64,000 nucleotides of DNA, taken from assembly GCF_006345805.1 (NCBI RefSeq), contig NC_042998.1, forward strand, positions 5,518,001 through 5,582,000, given 5' to 3'. A model generated the notes under the pieces. The model was not told where the DNA came from, made no database searches, and worked only from the letters and a program-made list of their open reading frames with translations. Numbering within the stretch: the stretch's first letter is position 1; each line of letters opens with the position of its first letter. The translations under genes were made by a program, and so were the position numbers. This DNA is from Octopus sinensis. Lineage: Eukaryota. This document shows positions 11,810 through 26,620 of this stretch, in pieces.

Positions 11810-11858
11810 GTCTTACAGCTGTTTCCGGGATATTTTTTTATATCCCTTCATCAGAGAC
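11810..11858 (-). ncRNA. Type-I hammerhead ribozyme with canonical CUGAUGA core
   Basis: Minus strand reads GTCT CTGATGA A GGGATAT AAAAAA ATATCCC G GAAAC AGCT GTA AGAC: stem I 4 bp, stem II 7 bp, stem III AC/GU closed by palindromic AGCU. Confidence 0.8.
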
Positions 11859-11961
11859 GATGTAAGAAAAAGGTTAAGCAATAGTTATTATAGAGAAAAT
11901 ATGAAACACGGAGTTAAGTGGAGGAATGAAAACAGGTGTGAGATACGTAAGGATGTATCGG

Positions 11962-12205
11962 AGACCCCCTTCGGTCACGAATGACCATGGGATTGCACCT
12001 AGAAAGTTACCCTCCCAGGCACAAGTCCGGGCAAGGTTGTTTATGGAAGACCAGCAGTCGCCCATGCATACCAGCCTCCCCTGTTCATGCCACCTATGTT
12101 ATCCAAGGGAAAGGCAAAGGCTGATACAGCTTGGCACCTGTGACGTCGCAACTCATTTCTACAGGTGAGTGAACTGGAGCAACGTGAAATAAAGTGTATT
12201 GCTCC
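11962..12205 (-). mobile_element. S4 CORE-type SINE, 3' part
   Basis: CACTTTATTTCACGTTGCTCCAGTTCACTCA core-like segment, shared with the S3 copy at 37.9 kb. Confidence 0.6.
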
Positions 12206-12231
12206 GTGATTCGAACTCACAGCCTCACGGT

Positions 12232-12750
12232 CGTAATAGTAGAGGACACTCGCCCAAGGTGCCATGCAGTGGGACTGAACCCAGAATCATGTGGTTGGTA
12301 AGCAATTTACTTACCACACAGCCACTCCTGCGCCTGCATGAATATATTTCTCATTGCTTGATCATTTGTAATCAAATAATACTCTTTTACTCTTTTACTT
12401 GTTTCAGTCATTTGACTGCGGCCATGCTGGAGCACCGCCTTTAATCGAGCAACTCGACCCCGGGACTTATTCTTTTGTAAGCCCAGTACTTATTCTATCG
12501 GTCTCTTTTGCCGAACCGCTAAGTAACGCACCAGCATCGGTTGTCAAGCAATGCTAGGGGGACAAACACGACAGGCTTCTTTCAGTTTCCAAGGCTTTGG
12601 TCGGCCCGAGGCTATAGTAGAAGTTTCCAAGGCTTTGGTCGGCCCGAGGCTATAGTAGAAGACACTTGCCCAAGGTGCCACGCAGTGGGACTGAACCCGG
12701 AACCATGTGGTTGGTAAACAAGCTACTTACCACACAGCCACTCCTGCGCC
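12232..12750 (-). mobile_element. S1 SINE head fragment (12232-12334) and an internally deleted/duplicated S1 copy (12382-12750)
   Basis: S1 head and tail motifs; TTCCAAGGCTTTGGTCGGCCCGAGGCTATAGTAGAAG is duplicated. Confidence 0.85.
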
Positions 12751-12792
12751 TTGGCGTTTTTTTTCTATTTATTATTTTTTGTAGTAAGTAAA

Positions 12793-13225
12793 AGGTGACA
12801 AACTGGCAGAATCGTTAGCATGCTGGGCAAAATGATTAACGGCATTTTGTCAGACTTTGGGTTCTGAGTTCAAATGCTGCCGAGGTTGACTATGCCTTTC
12901 ATCCTTTCCCGATCATTAAATTAACTACCAGTGAAACACTGGGGTTGATGCAATCGACCAGTCACCCCCCCTCCCCCAGTATTTCGGGCCTTGTGCTTTT
13001 AGTAGAAAGGATTATTAGTAGTAAGAACAAGGTGACAAGTTGGCAGAATTATAAGGATGCTAGGCAAGATACTTAGCTGCATTTCATCTATCCTTAGGTT
13101 CTGAGTTCAAATTCCGCCGAGGTAGACTTTGCCTTTCATCTTTTCGAGGTTGATGAAATAAGTAACTGTTATGTGCTGGAGTCGACATAATTGACTAACC
13201 CCCTCCCCCAAAATTTCAGGCCTTG
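12793..13225 (+). mobile_element. Two tandem S2 tRNA-derived SINEs
   Basis: CTGGCAGAATCGTTAGCA head, GAGTTCAAAT B-box, GACTTTGCCTTTCATC body, GGCCTTGTG..AGTAGAAAGGATTATTA tail. Confidence 0.85.
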
Positions 13226-13405
13226 AGTGGCTGTGTGGTAAGTAGCTTGCTTGCCAAACACTTGGTTCCGGGTTCAGTCCCACTGCGTGGCACCTTGGGC
13301 AAGTGTCTTCTACTATAGCCTCGGGCCAACCAAAGCCTTGTGAGTGGATTTGGTAGACGGAAATTGAAAGAAACCCGTCGTATATATGTGTATATATTTA
13401 TGTAT

Positions 13406-13445
<40 letters not shown>

Positions 13446-13686
13446 GTGTGTATTTGTGTGTCTGTTTGTCCCCCAACATCGCTTGACAGCCAATGGTGGT
13501 GTATTTACGTCCCCGTAACTTATCGGTTCGTCAAAAGAGACCGATATAATAAGTACTGGGCTTACAAAAGAATAAATCCCGGGGTCGATTTGCTCGACTA
13601 AAAGCGGTGCTCCAGCATGGCCGCAGTCAAATGACTGAAACAAGTAAAAGAGTAAAAGAGTAAAAAGAGTAAAAGAGTAAAAAGAG
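13226..13686 (+). mobile_element. S1 SINE inserted into the tail of an S2 SINE
   Basis: The S2 tail stops at CAGGCCTTG (13225) and resumes as TATAGTAGAAAGGATTATTA at 13687. Confidence 0.88.
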
Positions 13687-14103
13687 TATAGTAGAAAGGA
13701 TTATTAATCATAAGCAGGAATGTATCAATTTATGTTCAGGAATGCAATGCAAATATGTTCTGTTAATTCCATCTTTCAGATATGTTAAATCATATACAAT
13801 AAAAGAAAAAAAATCTAAACAAAATCAGGAGGAAAATAAAAATTAAAAATAAGATATAAACTAAAACGAAAGATTATCTCGTTTGAGATATTACCTGCAT
13901 TTTATCATTAAAAGTTTGGCTCTTTCTCTCTTTCTCTGACATGGGTTGGTTGAGTTTAGAAACCGAAGTTGTGTTAACTGATAAGCTAAGTGAGTTATCA
14001 CATAAGTTTTTATTTTATTTTTTTTATTACAGAAACCCCTATCCTGCCCAAACCATTAATGTCAAAAGGAAAGAAGAAACCCATAAACTTTGAGGAAAAA
14101 AAT

Positions 14104-17100
14104 TAGAGGGTCTGTGAATTGCAAGCCCTGCTCACAAAGATATAGATAAACATATATACAAAAGTACGACCACCACCACATACACAGACATATGCACACA
14201 GACATATATACACATATGAACACATACTACTTGTATACATATACACACCCGAATATATTAGAGGGTTTGTGAATTGCAAGCCCTGCTCACAAAGATATAG
14301 ATAAACATATATACAAAAGTACGACCACCACCACATACACAGACATATGCACACATACATATATACACATATGAACACATACTACTTGTATACATATACA
14401 CACCCGAATATATTAGAGGGTTTGTGAATTGCAAGCCCTGCTCACAAAGATATAGATAAACATATATACAAAAGTACGACCACCACCACATACACAGACA
14501 TATGCACACAGACATATATACACATATGAACACATACTACTTGTATACATATACACACCCGAATATATTAGAGGGTTTGTGAATTGCAAGCCCTGCTCAC
14601 AAAGATATAGATAAACATATATACAAAAGTACGACCACCACCACATACACAGACATATGCACACAGACATATATACACATATGAACACATACTACTTGTA
14701 TACATATACACACCCGAATATATTAGAGGGTTTGTGAATTGTAAGCCCTGCTCACAAAGATATAGATAAACATATATACAAAAGTACGACCACCACCACA
14801 TACACAGACATATGCACACAGACATATATACACATATGAACACATACTACTTGTATACATATACACACCGAATATATTAGAGGGTTTGTGAATTGTAAGC
14901 CCTGCTCACAAGATATAGATAAACATATATACAAAAGTACGACCACCACCACATACACAGACATATGCACACAGACATATATACACATATGAACACATAC
15001 TACTTGTATACATATACACACCCGAATATATTAGAGGGTTTGTGAATTGCAAGCCCTGCTCACAAAGATATAGATAAACATATATACAAAAGTACGACCA
15101 CCACCACATACACAGACATATGCACACAGACATATATACACATATGAAACATACTACTTGTATACATATACACACCGAATATATTAGAGGGTTTGTGAAT
15201 TGCAAGCCCTGCTCACAAAGATATAGATAAGCATATATACAAAAGTACGACCACCACCACATACACAGACATATGCACACAGACATATATACACATATGA
15301 ACACATACTACTTGTATACATATACACACCCGAATATATTAAAGGGTTTGTGAATTGCAAGCCCTGCTCACAAAGATATAGATAAGCATATATACAAAAG
15401 TACGACCACCACCACATACACAGACATATGCACACACAGACATATATACACATATGAACACATACTACTTGTATACATATACACACCCGAATATATTAGA
15501 GGGTTTGTGAATTGTAAGCCCTGCTCACAAAGATATAGATAAACATATATACAAAAGTACGACCACCACCACATACACAGACATATGCACACAGACATAT
15601 ATACACATATGAACACATACTACTTGTATACATATACACACCCGAATATATTAGAGGGTTTGTGAATTGTAAGCCCTGCTCACAAAGATATAGATAAACA
15701 TATATACAAAAGTACGATCACCACCACATACACAGACATATGCACACAGACATATATACACATATGAACACATACTACTTGTATACATATACACACCCGA
15801 ATATATTAGAGGGTTTGTGAATTGTAAGCCCTGCTCACAAAGATATAGATAAACATATATACAAAAGTACGACCACCACCACATACACAGACATATGCAC
15901 ACAGACATATATACACATATGAAACATACTACTTGTATACATATACACACCCGAATATTAGAGGGTTTGTGAATTGTAAGCCCTGCTCACAAAGATATAG
16001 ATAACATATATACAAAAGTACGACCACCACCACATACACAGACATATGCACACAGACATATATACACATATGAACACATACTACTTGTATACATATACAC
16101 ACCCGAATATATTAGAGGGTTTGTGAATTGTAAGCCCTGCTCACAAAGATATAGATAAGCATATATACAAAAGTACGACCACCACCACATACACAGACAC
16201 ATGCACACAGACATATATATACATATGAACACATACTACTTGTATACATATACACACCCGAATATATTAGAGGGTTTGTGAATTGTAAGCCCTGCTCACA
16301 AAGATATAGATAAGCATATATACAAAAGTACGATCACCACCACATACACAGACATATGCACACAGACATATATACACATATGAACACATACTACTTGTAT
16401 ACATATACACACCCGAATATATTAGAGGGTTTGTGAATTGTAAGCCCTGCTCACAAAGATATAGATAAGCATATATACAAAAGTACGATCACCACCACAT
16501 ACACAGACATATGCACACAGACATATATACACATATGAACACATACTACTTGTATACATATACACACCCGAATATATTAGAGGGTTTGTGAATTGTAAGC
16601 CCTGCTCACAAAGATATAGATAAACATATATACAAAAGTACGACCACCACCACATACACAGACATATGCACACAGACATATATACACATATGAACACATA
16701 CTACTTGTATACATATACACACCCGAATATATTAGAGGGTTTGTGAATTGTAAGCCCTGCTCACAAAGATATAGATAAACATATATACAAAAGTACGACC
16801 ACCACCACATACACAGACATATGCACACAGACATATATACACATATGAACACATACTACTTGTATACATATACACACCCGAATATATTAGAGGGTTTGTG
16901 AATTGTAAGCCCTGCTCACAAAGATATAGATAAACATATATACAAAAGTACGATCACCACCACATACACAGACATATGCACACAGACATATATACACATA
17001 TGAACACATACTACTTGTATACATATACACACCCGAATATATTAGAGGGTTTGTGAATTGTAAGCCCTGCTCACAAAGATATAGATAAACATATATACAA

Positions 17101-20100
17101 AAGTACGACCACCACACATACACAGACATATGCACACAGACATATATACACATATGAACACATACTACTTGTATACATATACACACCCGAATATATTAGA
17201 GGGTTTGTGAATTGTAAGCCCTGCTCACAAAGATATAGATAAGCATATATACAAAAGTACGACCACCACCACATACACAGACACATGCACACAGACATAT
17301 ATATACATATGAACACATACTACTTGTATACATATACACACCCGAATATATTAGAGGGTCTGTGAATTGTAAGCCCTGCTCACAAAGATATAGATAAGCA
17401 TATATACAAAAGTACGATCACCACCACATACACAGACATATGCACACAGACATATATACACATATGAACACATACTACTTGTATACATATACACACCCGA
17501 ATATATTAGAGGGTTTGTGAATTGTAAGCCCTGCTCACAAAGATATAGATAAGCATATATACAAAAGTACGATCACCACCACATACACAGACATATGCAC
17601 ACAGACATATATACACATATGAACACATACTACTTGTATACATATACACACCCGAATATATTAGAGGGTTTGTGAATTGTAAGCCCTGCTCACAAAGATA
17701 TAGATAAACATATATACAAAAGTACGACCACCACCACATACACAGACATATGCACACAGACATATATACACATATGAACACATACTACTTGTATACATAT
17801 ACACACCCGATATATTAGAGGGTTTGTGAATTGTAAGCCCTGCTCACAAAGATATAGATAAGCATATATACAAAAGTACGATCACCACCACATACACAGA
17901 CATATGCACACAGACATATATACACATATGAACACATACTACTTGTATACATATACACACCCGAATATATTAGAGGGTTTGTGAATTGTAAGCCCTGCTC
18001 ACAAAGATATAGATAAACATATATACAAAAGTACGACCACCACCACATACACAGGCATATGCACACAGACATATATACACATATGAACACATACTACTTG
18101 TATACATATACACACCCGAATATATTAGAGGGTTTGTGAATTGTAAGCCCTGCTCACAAAGATATAGATAAACATATATACAAAAGTACGACCACCACCA
18201 CATACACAGACATATGCACACAGACATATATACACATATGAACACATACTACTTGTATACATATACACACCCGAAATATTAGAGGGTTTGTGAATTGTAA
18301 GCCCTGCTCACAAAGATATAGATAAACATATATACAAAAGTACGACCACCACCACATACACAGACATATGCACACAGACATATATACACATATGAACACA
18401 TACTACTTGTATACATATACACACCCGAATATATTAGAGGGTTTGTGAATTGTAAGCCCTGCTCACAAAGATATAGATAAGCATATATACAAAAGTACGA
18501 CCACCACCACATACACAGACACATGCACACAGACATATATATACATATGAACACATACTACTTGTATACATATACACACCCGAATATATTAGAGGGTCTG
18601 TGAATTGTAAGCCCTGCTCACAAAGATATAGATAAGCATATATACAAAAGTACGATCACCACCACATACACAGACATATGCACACAGACATATATACACA
18701 TATGAACACATACTACTTGTATACATATACACACCCGAATATATTAGAGGGTTTGTGAATTGTAAGCCCTGCTCACAAAGATATAGATAAGCATATATAC
18801 AAAAGTACGATCACCACCACATACACAGACATATGCACACAGACATATATACACATATGAACACATACTACTTGTATACATATACACACCCGAATATATT
18901 AGAGGGTTTGTGAATTGTAAGCCCTGCTCACAAAGATATAGATAACATATATACAAAAGTACGACCACCACCACATACACAGACATATGCACACAGACAT
19001 ATATAACATATGAACACATACTACTTGTATACATATACACACCCGATATATTAGAGGGTTTGTGAATTGTAAGCCCTGCTCACAAAGATATAGATAAGCA
19101 TATATACAAAAGTACGATCACCACCACATACACAGACATATGCACACAGACATATATACACATATGAACACATACTACTTGTATACATATACACACCCGA
19201 ATATATTAGAGGGTTTGTGAATTGTAAGCCCTGCTCACAAAGATATAGATAAACATATATACAAAAGTACGACCACCACCACATACACAGGCATATGCAC
19301 ACAGACATATATACACATATGAACACATACTACTTGTATACATATACACACCCGAATATATTAGAGGGTTTGTGAATTGTAAGCCCTGCTCACAAAGATA
19401 TAGATAAACATATATACAAAAGTACGACCACCACCACATACACAGACATATGCACACAGACATATATACACATATGAACACATACTACTTGTATACATAT
19501 ACACACCCGAATATATTAGAGGGTTTGTGAATTGTAAGCCCTGCTCACAAAGATATAGATAAACATATATACAAAAGTACGACCACCACCACATACACAG
19601 ACATATGCACACAGACATATATACACATATGAACACATACTACTTGTATACATATACACACCCGAATATATTAGAGGGTTTGTGAATTGTAAGCCCTGCT
19701 CACAAAGATATAGATAAGCATATATACAAAAGTACGACCACCACCACATACACAGACACATGCACACAGACATATATATACATATGAACACATACTACTT
19801 GTATACATATACACACCCGAAATATTAGAGGGTTTGTGAATTGTAAGCCCTGCTCACAAAGATATAGATAAACATATATACAAAAGTACGACACCACCAC
19901 CACATACACAGACATATATACACATATGAACACATACTACTTGTATACATATACACACCCGAATATATTAGAGGGTTGTGAATTGTAAGCCCTGCTCACA
20001 AAGATATAGATAAGCATATATACAAAAGTACGACCACCACCACATACACAGACACATGCACACAGACATATATATACATATGAACACATACTACTTGTAT

Positions 20101-23100
20101 ACATATACACACACCCGAATATATTAGAGGGTCTGTGAATTGTAAGCCCTGCTCACAAAGATATAGATAAGCATATATACAAAAGTACGATCACCACCAC
20201 ATACACAGACATATGCACACAGACATATATACACATATGAACACATACTACTTGTATACATATACACACCCGAATATATTAGAGGGTTTGTGAATTGTAA
20301 GCCCTGCTCACAAAGATATAGATAAGCATATATACAAAAGTACGATCACCACCACATACACAGACATATGCACACAGACATATATACACATATGAACACA
20401 TACTACTTGTATACATATACACACCCGAATATATTAGAGGGTTTGTGAATTGTAAGCCCTGCTCACAAAGATATAGATAAACATATATACAAAAGTACGA
20501 CCACCACCACATACACAGACATATGCACACAGACATATATACACATATGAACACATACTACTTGTATACATATACACACCCGATATATTAGAGGGTTTGT
20601 GAATTGTAAGCCTGCTCACAAAGATATAGATAAGCATATATACAAAAGTACGATCACCACCACATACACAGACATATGCACACAGACATATATACACATA
20701 TGAACACATACTACTTGTATACATATACACACCCGAATATATTAGAGGGTTTGTGAATTGTAAGCCCTGCTCACAAAGATATAGATAAACATATATACAA
20801 AAGTACGACCACCACCACATACACAGGCATATGCACACAGACATATATACACATATGAACACATACTACTTGTATACATATACACACCCGAATATATTAG
20901 AGGGTTTGTGAATTGTAAGCCCTGCTCACAAAGATATAGATAAACATATATACAAAAGTACGACCACCACCACATACACAGACATATGCACACAGACATA
21001 TATACACATATGAACACATACTACTTGTATACATATACACACCCGAATATATTAGAGGGTTTGTGAATTGTAAGCCCTGCTCACAAAGATATAGATAAAC
21101 ATATATACAAAAGTACGACCACCACCACATACACAGACATATGCACACAGACATATATACACATATGAACACATACTACTTGTATACATATACACACCCG
21201 AATATATTAGAGGGTTTGTGAATTGTAAGCCCTGCTCACAAAGATATAGATAAGCATATATACAAAAGTACGACCACCACCACATACACAGACACATGCA
21301 CACAGACATATATATACATATGAACACATACTACTTGTATACATATACACACCGAAATATTAGAGGGTTTGTGAATTGTAAGCCCTGCTCACAAAGATAT
21401 AGATAAACATATATACAAAAGTACGACACCACCACATACACAGACATATATACACATATGAACACATACTACTTGTATACATATACACACCCGAATATAT
21501 TAGAGGGTTTGTGAATTGTAAGCCCTGCTCACAAAGATATAGATAAGCATATATACAAAAGTACGATCACCACCACATACACAGACATATGCACACAGAC
21601 ATATATACACATATGAACACATACTACTTGTATACATATACACACCCGAATATATTAGAGGGTTTTTTGAATTGTAAGCCCTGCTCACAAAGATATAGAT
21701 AAACATATATACAAAAGTACGACCACCACCACATACACAGACATATGCACACAGACATATATACACATATGAACACATACTACTTGTATACATATACACA
21801 CCCGAATATATTAGAGGGTTGTGAATTGTAAGCCCTGCTCACAAAGATATAGATAAACATATATACAAAAGTACGACCACCACCACATACACAGACATAT
21901 GCACACAGACATATATACACATATGAACACATACTACTTGTATACATATACACACCCGAATATATTAGAGGGTTTGTGAATTGTAAGCCCTGCTCACAAA
22001 GATATAGATAAACATATATACAAAAGTACGACCACCACCACATACACAGACATATGCACACAGACATATATACACATATGAACACATACTACTTGTATAC
22101 ATTACACACCCGAATATATTAGAGGGTTTGTGAATTGTAAGCCCTGCTCACAAAGATATAGATAAGCATATATACAAAAGTACGACCACCACCACATACA
22201 CAGACACATGCACACAGACATATATATACATATGAACACATACTACTTGTATACATATACACACCCGAATATATTAGAGGGTTTGTGAATTGTAAGCCCT
22301 GCTCACAAAGATATAGATAAACATATATACAAAAGTACGACCACCACCACATACACAGACATATATACACATATGAACACATACTACTTGTATACATATA
22401 CACACCCGAATATATTAGAGGGTTTGTGAATTGTAAGCCCTGCTCACAAAGATATAGATAAGCATATATACAAAAGTACGATCACCACCACATACACAGA
22501 CATATGCACACAGACATATATACACATATGAACACATACTACTTGTATACATATACACACCCGAATATATTAGAGGGTTTGTGAATTGTAAGCCCTGCTC
22601 ACAAAGATATAGATAAACATATATACAAAAGTACGACACCACCCACATACACAGACATATGCACACAGACATATATACATATGAACACATACTACTTGTA
22701 TACATAACACACCCGAATATATTAGAGGGTTTGTGAATTGTAAGCCCTGCTCACAAAGATATAGATAAACATATATACAAAAGTACGACCACCACCACAT
22801 ACAGACACTATGCACACAGACATATATACACATATGAACACATACTACTGTATACATATACACACCCGAATATATTAGAGGGTTTGTGAATTGTAAGCCC
22901 TGCTCACAAAGATATAGATAAACATATATACAAAAGTACGACCACCACACATACACAGACATATGCACACAGACATATATACACATATGAACACATACTA
23001 CTTGTATAACATATACACACCCGAATATATTAGAGGGTTGTGAATTGTAAGCCCTGCTCACAAAGATATAGATAAGCATATATACAAAAGTACGACCACC

Positions 23101-23510
23101 ACCACATACACAGACACATGCACACAGACATATATATACATATGAACACATACTACTTGTATACATATACACACCCGAATATATTAGAGGGTTTGTGAAT
23201 TGTAAGCCCTGCTCACAAAGAGATAGAGAAAACATATATACAAAAGTACGACCACCACCACATACACAGACAATATATACACATATGAAACATACTACTT
23301 GTATACATATACACACCCGAATATATTAGAGGGTTTGTGAATTGTAAGCCCTGCTCACAAAGATATAGATAAGCATATATACAAAAGTACGATCACCACC
23401 ACCACCCCATACACAGACACATGCATGCACATGCACACAGACGTATATACACATATGAACACATACCACTTGTATGTATATACACACCTGAATATACATG
23501 TATGCATTTT
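14104..23510. repeat. 155-bp tandem satellite, about 60 units
   Basis: Unit begins TTAGAGGGTTTGTGAATTG(C/T)AAGCCCTGCTCACAAAG; the ORF track recurs at 14103, 14258, 14413 and 14568 (period 155); the last unit is diverged. Confidence 0.98.
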
Positions 23511-24392
23511 TCTATGACATTCATGCTGACACCTACGCAAGTGCACTGACACACAGAGATTCTGAGTGGCCTTCGCCTTCGTGATGTCTCTAGTGTTTGG
23601 CACAGAGCAAAACATTGTCTTCTCCTCATTTGATAGTCATGATGATAAATGCGATAGTGTCGAGGAAGAAAGTTCGTGGCAGCGCCGATCATAATAATTG
23701 CTGGTGCTGATGATGACGATGTTGATGATGATAATGAATATGATAACATTAAAAACAGTGTAAGGGTCATAATAATTATGATGGCAGGAACAGTCAGAAT
23801 AACTATAATGATAACATTGATGGTGAAAGTACTGGTTCGTGATAGGCTCACGGAGGCAGTAATTGTCATGGAAAGAATCATGACTTTAGTAATAATGGTG
23901 GATATAGTTGTAACACTCTAGGTCGTGGTTGTGTTAAAAGGGGTAATGAGTCAGCAGTAATATCTCTTGTATTTTTAACACCTTCCACTGTCAGTACATC
24001 ACAGATTTTCATCCTCGTTCTCGCTATACAGTATCCATTCATAATACATTGTCCGTTCCAGAACTGTCAACTCTTTTGAATGCACTAACAATTGATTTAA
24101 ATACCCAGTTGTTCTGTCAGTGATTTAAGCTTTGTCTTTTCAAATCAATTAATATTATATATCAAAGAGATTAGCCAGTGAGCTTGTTAATACACACACA
24201 CACACACATACAAGGAAGGTCGAAACCACAAGATCTGCCAGTCTCAGTACTGCAGATGGCAGATATTTATCGCCCTGCAACCCATATAAACTAGAGTGCA
24301 TTTGCACTAAAACCAATATGTGAGTGTCTCTTATGGTATTTACTGCAGTATAGTCTGTTCTAACAGAACATCCACGTTTAAGGAGGGATAAA

Positions 24393-24608
24393 TATTGGTT
24401 TCAAATTTTGGCACAAGACTAGCAAATTTGGAGGAGGGATAAGCTGATTGTATCGACCCCAGTGCTCAATTGATACTTATTTTATCGATCCCGAAAGGAT
24501 GACTGGCAAATTCGACCTAGGTAGAATTTGAACTCAGAACGAACAGACGGACGAAATGCCACTAAGCATATTGTACGGCGTGGTAATGGTTCTGCCAGCT
24601 CGCTGTCT
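24393..24608 (-). mobile_element. S2 SINE
   Basis: Reverse complement of the S2 head and body. Confidence 0.85.
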
Positions 24609-24629
24609 TTAAGTGGTGGTAAATATTAC

Positions 24630-24778
24630 CTGAACGATTAGGTTCTAAAACTCATCCATTGCCTATAGATCCCGCCATATCCCATATTCATATTTCATTG
24701 CTATGTTGTACCACACGTATTCCACCATCTTCTTATTGCAGTCTACTTTTTACCAACAAAGATGACAAATCGCTGAAA
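24630..24778 (-). pseudogene. Exon-like segment, possible last exon of the profilin-like locus (all three frames interrupted)
   Basis: Acceptor TTGTTTCTTGCAG and donor CAG|GTAATA; fragments FQRFVIFVGKK and DCNKKMVEY lie in different frames. Confidence 0.25.
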
Positions 24779-24929
24779 CTGCAAGAAACAACACTCATAT
24801 CTCCCTCAAATAATTCTCTCTGTTTTCTTTCTAAAACGGACACATTGAATAATATAGGGTGAGATACACTGTCTGAATAAAAGAGGGGGTGTTCTAGAAT
24901 GGAATATCATATTTTCCAGCAAACAAGTC

Positions 24930-25620
24930 GACGTTGTATATAGTGTAAACATTCAAACATCGACACTATCTTTCCAAATCTTGCAGCATTTCACATGTAA
25001 TTTTTGGTTCTTCGGAGTCTTCTTGGTATGTAAGTAGACCTCTTGCATTCCATCTTTCATAAATACGGACCCTTGAATTCTTCACTTGCTTCTGTGAGGT
25101 TTCACTAACATGCAGCGTGTACTGGGACAAGTTTCTTGAGAAGCCCAATATCTCAGTCTTCACAAAACTAATTCTCGTTCCTGCCTTGCAACACTTGACA
25201 GCAAACCCATTCGATGCTTGCTGGAGATCACCTTCTGGTGAGTCAAGTTGTCTGCAAATATCAGCTGACTTATCCTACTTCTACAACAGCAGCGCATATC
25301 AATTCAGCTCAAGGAAATTATGAAAAAGAGTAATGATAATACTCACCCTGCCAAAGTCCAACACTCACGTTGAAAGGTTCCGACTTTGCACCATTTACCT
25401 CAGCATAGACATCTGGGCGTTCGTAAAGGGACTTCACGGCAACAAGATGTTGTTCATTAATCCCAGACTCCTGCAAAGCCCTCCAAAACATATCCCGTGG
25501 AATACAGTCATATGCCTTATCGAGGTCTACAAAGTAAGTGTACACCTCTTGGAAATATCCCCACGGGTTTTCGAAGACCAGCCGTTAAGTGAATAACTGA
25601 TCGGTTGTACTTCGTTCAGG
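24930..25620 (-). mobile_element. RTE-type LINE reverse transcriptase remnant
   Basis: FVDLDKAYDCIPRDMFWRALQESG..VNGAKSEPFNVSVGLWQG. Confidence 0.85.
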
Positions 25621-26119
25621 ACGGAAGCTACACAGTCCTCCCAGCCCAAACGATGAAAATAATAAAATAAAGGCATAAATGCATCTCTTCCTACATATCA
25701 CTCAAAGCTACTTCTCAAACTACACATACATTACACACTCTCTATCACTGTCTATTATTCTAATATATATCATACTATGTATGATTGTTGGATTTTTGCC
25801 ACACTATGAGAATTTACTGGAGATGAACTAATCACTACAAAGATTTTGGCATCTTAACTTTTGACTCTTATACAAGCCTTTGAACTTTTGCTGCAATTAT
25901 TCTGCAGATTATACAGTGAAATATATATAAAAGTTTCTAATGTCAAATACTTCAGCACTCTGGCATTAGTGGCTCAAGAATTACAATTAACAGGAGAGAA
26001 GTGCAGGAATAATGCTTGTGAACATCTAGCTAAGCAATAATTCCTTATTTGATATGCTTATGATTTGATTCCTCGCTAAACTCGCTGATAATGTAATCTT
26101 GCTAACAGTAGACACTTAC

Positions 26120-26203
26120 TTGACTGAAACAGTTCTCACAAGACATTTATATTCACACAGTTTTCTTTTTATTTCTTCTAACCAGACCACAGAATAGAAA
26201 ATC
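26120..26203 (-). other. 84-nt exon-like segment
   Basis: Acceptor TTTCTATAG and donor CAA|GTAAGT; one open frame (IFYSVVWLEEIKRKLCEYKCLVRTVSV). Confidence 0.25.
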
Positions 26204-26620
26204 CTATAGAAATTATTCTCCAGTTTGACCATTCTCCTTCACATCTCATCCCGTCCTCATCAGCAAGATACGTCACTTTGGATAATGTAGTAACAAATAT
26301 AAGAAAAGATGGCCACAGTTGGAACGCCTTATAACATAAGATTGCTTAATAGGGTTAACCTGTGGCTAAACAATAGTAGCAAACAAATTAGTGTCATAAC
26401 TGTATAAACAATAGCACCCATGTAGCCTGATAGTGTCGGTATCTCGGTAATCATTCCTTGCATAGCAGACCTTTTCTGCTGGTTCGATCTGATTCTCAAT
26501 ATCCCTAACCCAACATCCTCTCACAGCAACATTCTTTTAATTGTCACTAGGGGTAAGCGAACCCTTATTACCTCTAAAGACGTTATTTGATGTCATTTTT
26601 ATTAACAATAGTATAAAATA

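Noticed and set aside
14104-23510. CRISPR-like regular array, or a tandem gene family suggested by repeated 91-aa ORFs
   Set aside because: There are no unique spacers; the whole 155-bp unit repeats, and the ORFs are Cys/Val/Tyr-rich translations of CA/TA repeats.
26225-26270. Hammerhead at minus-strand CTGATGAGGAC
   Set aside because: No GAAA core at a pairing-compatible distance.
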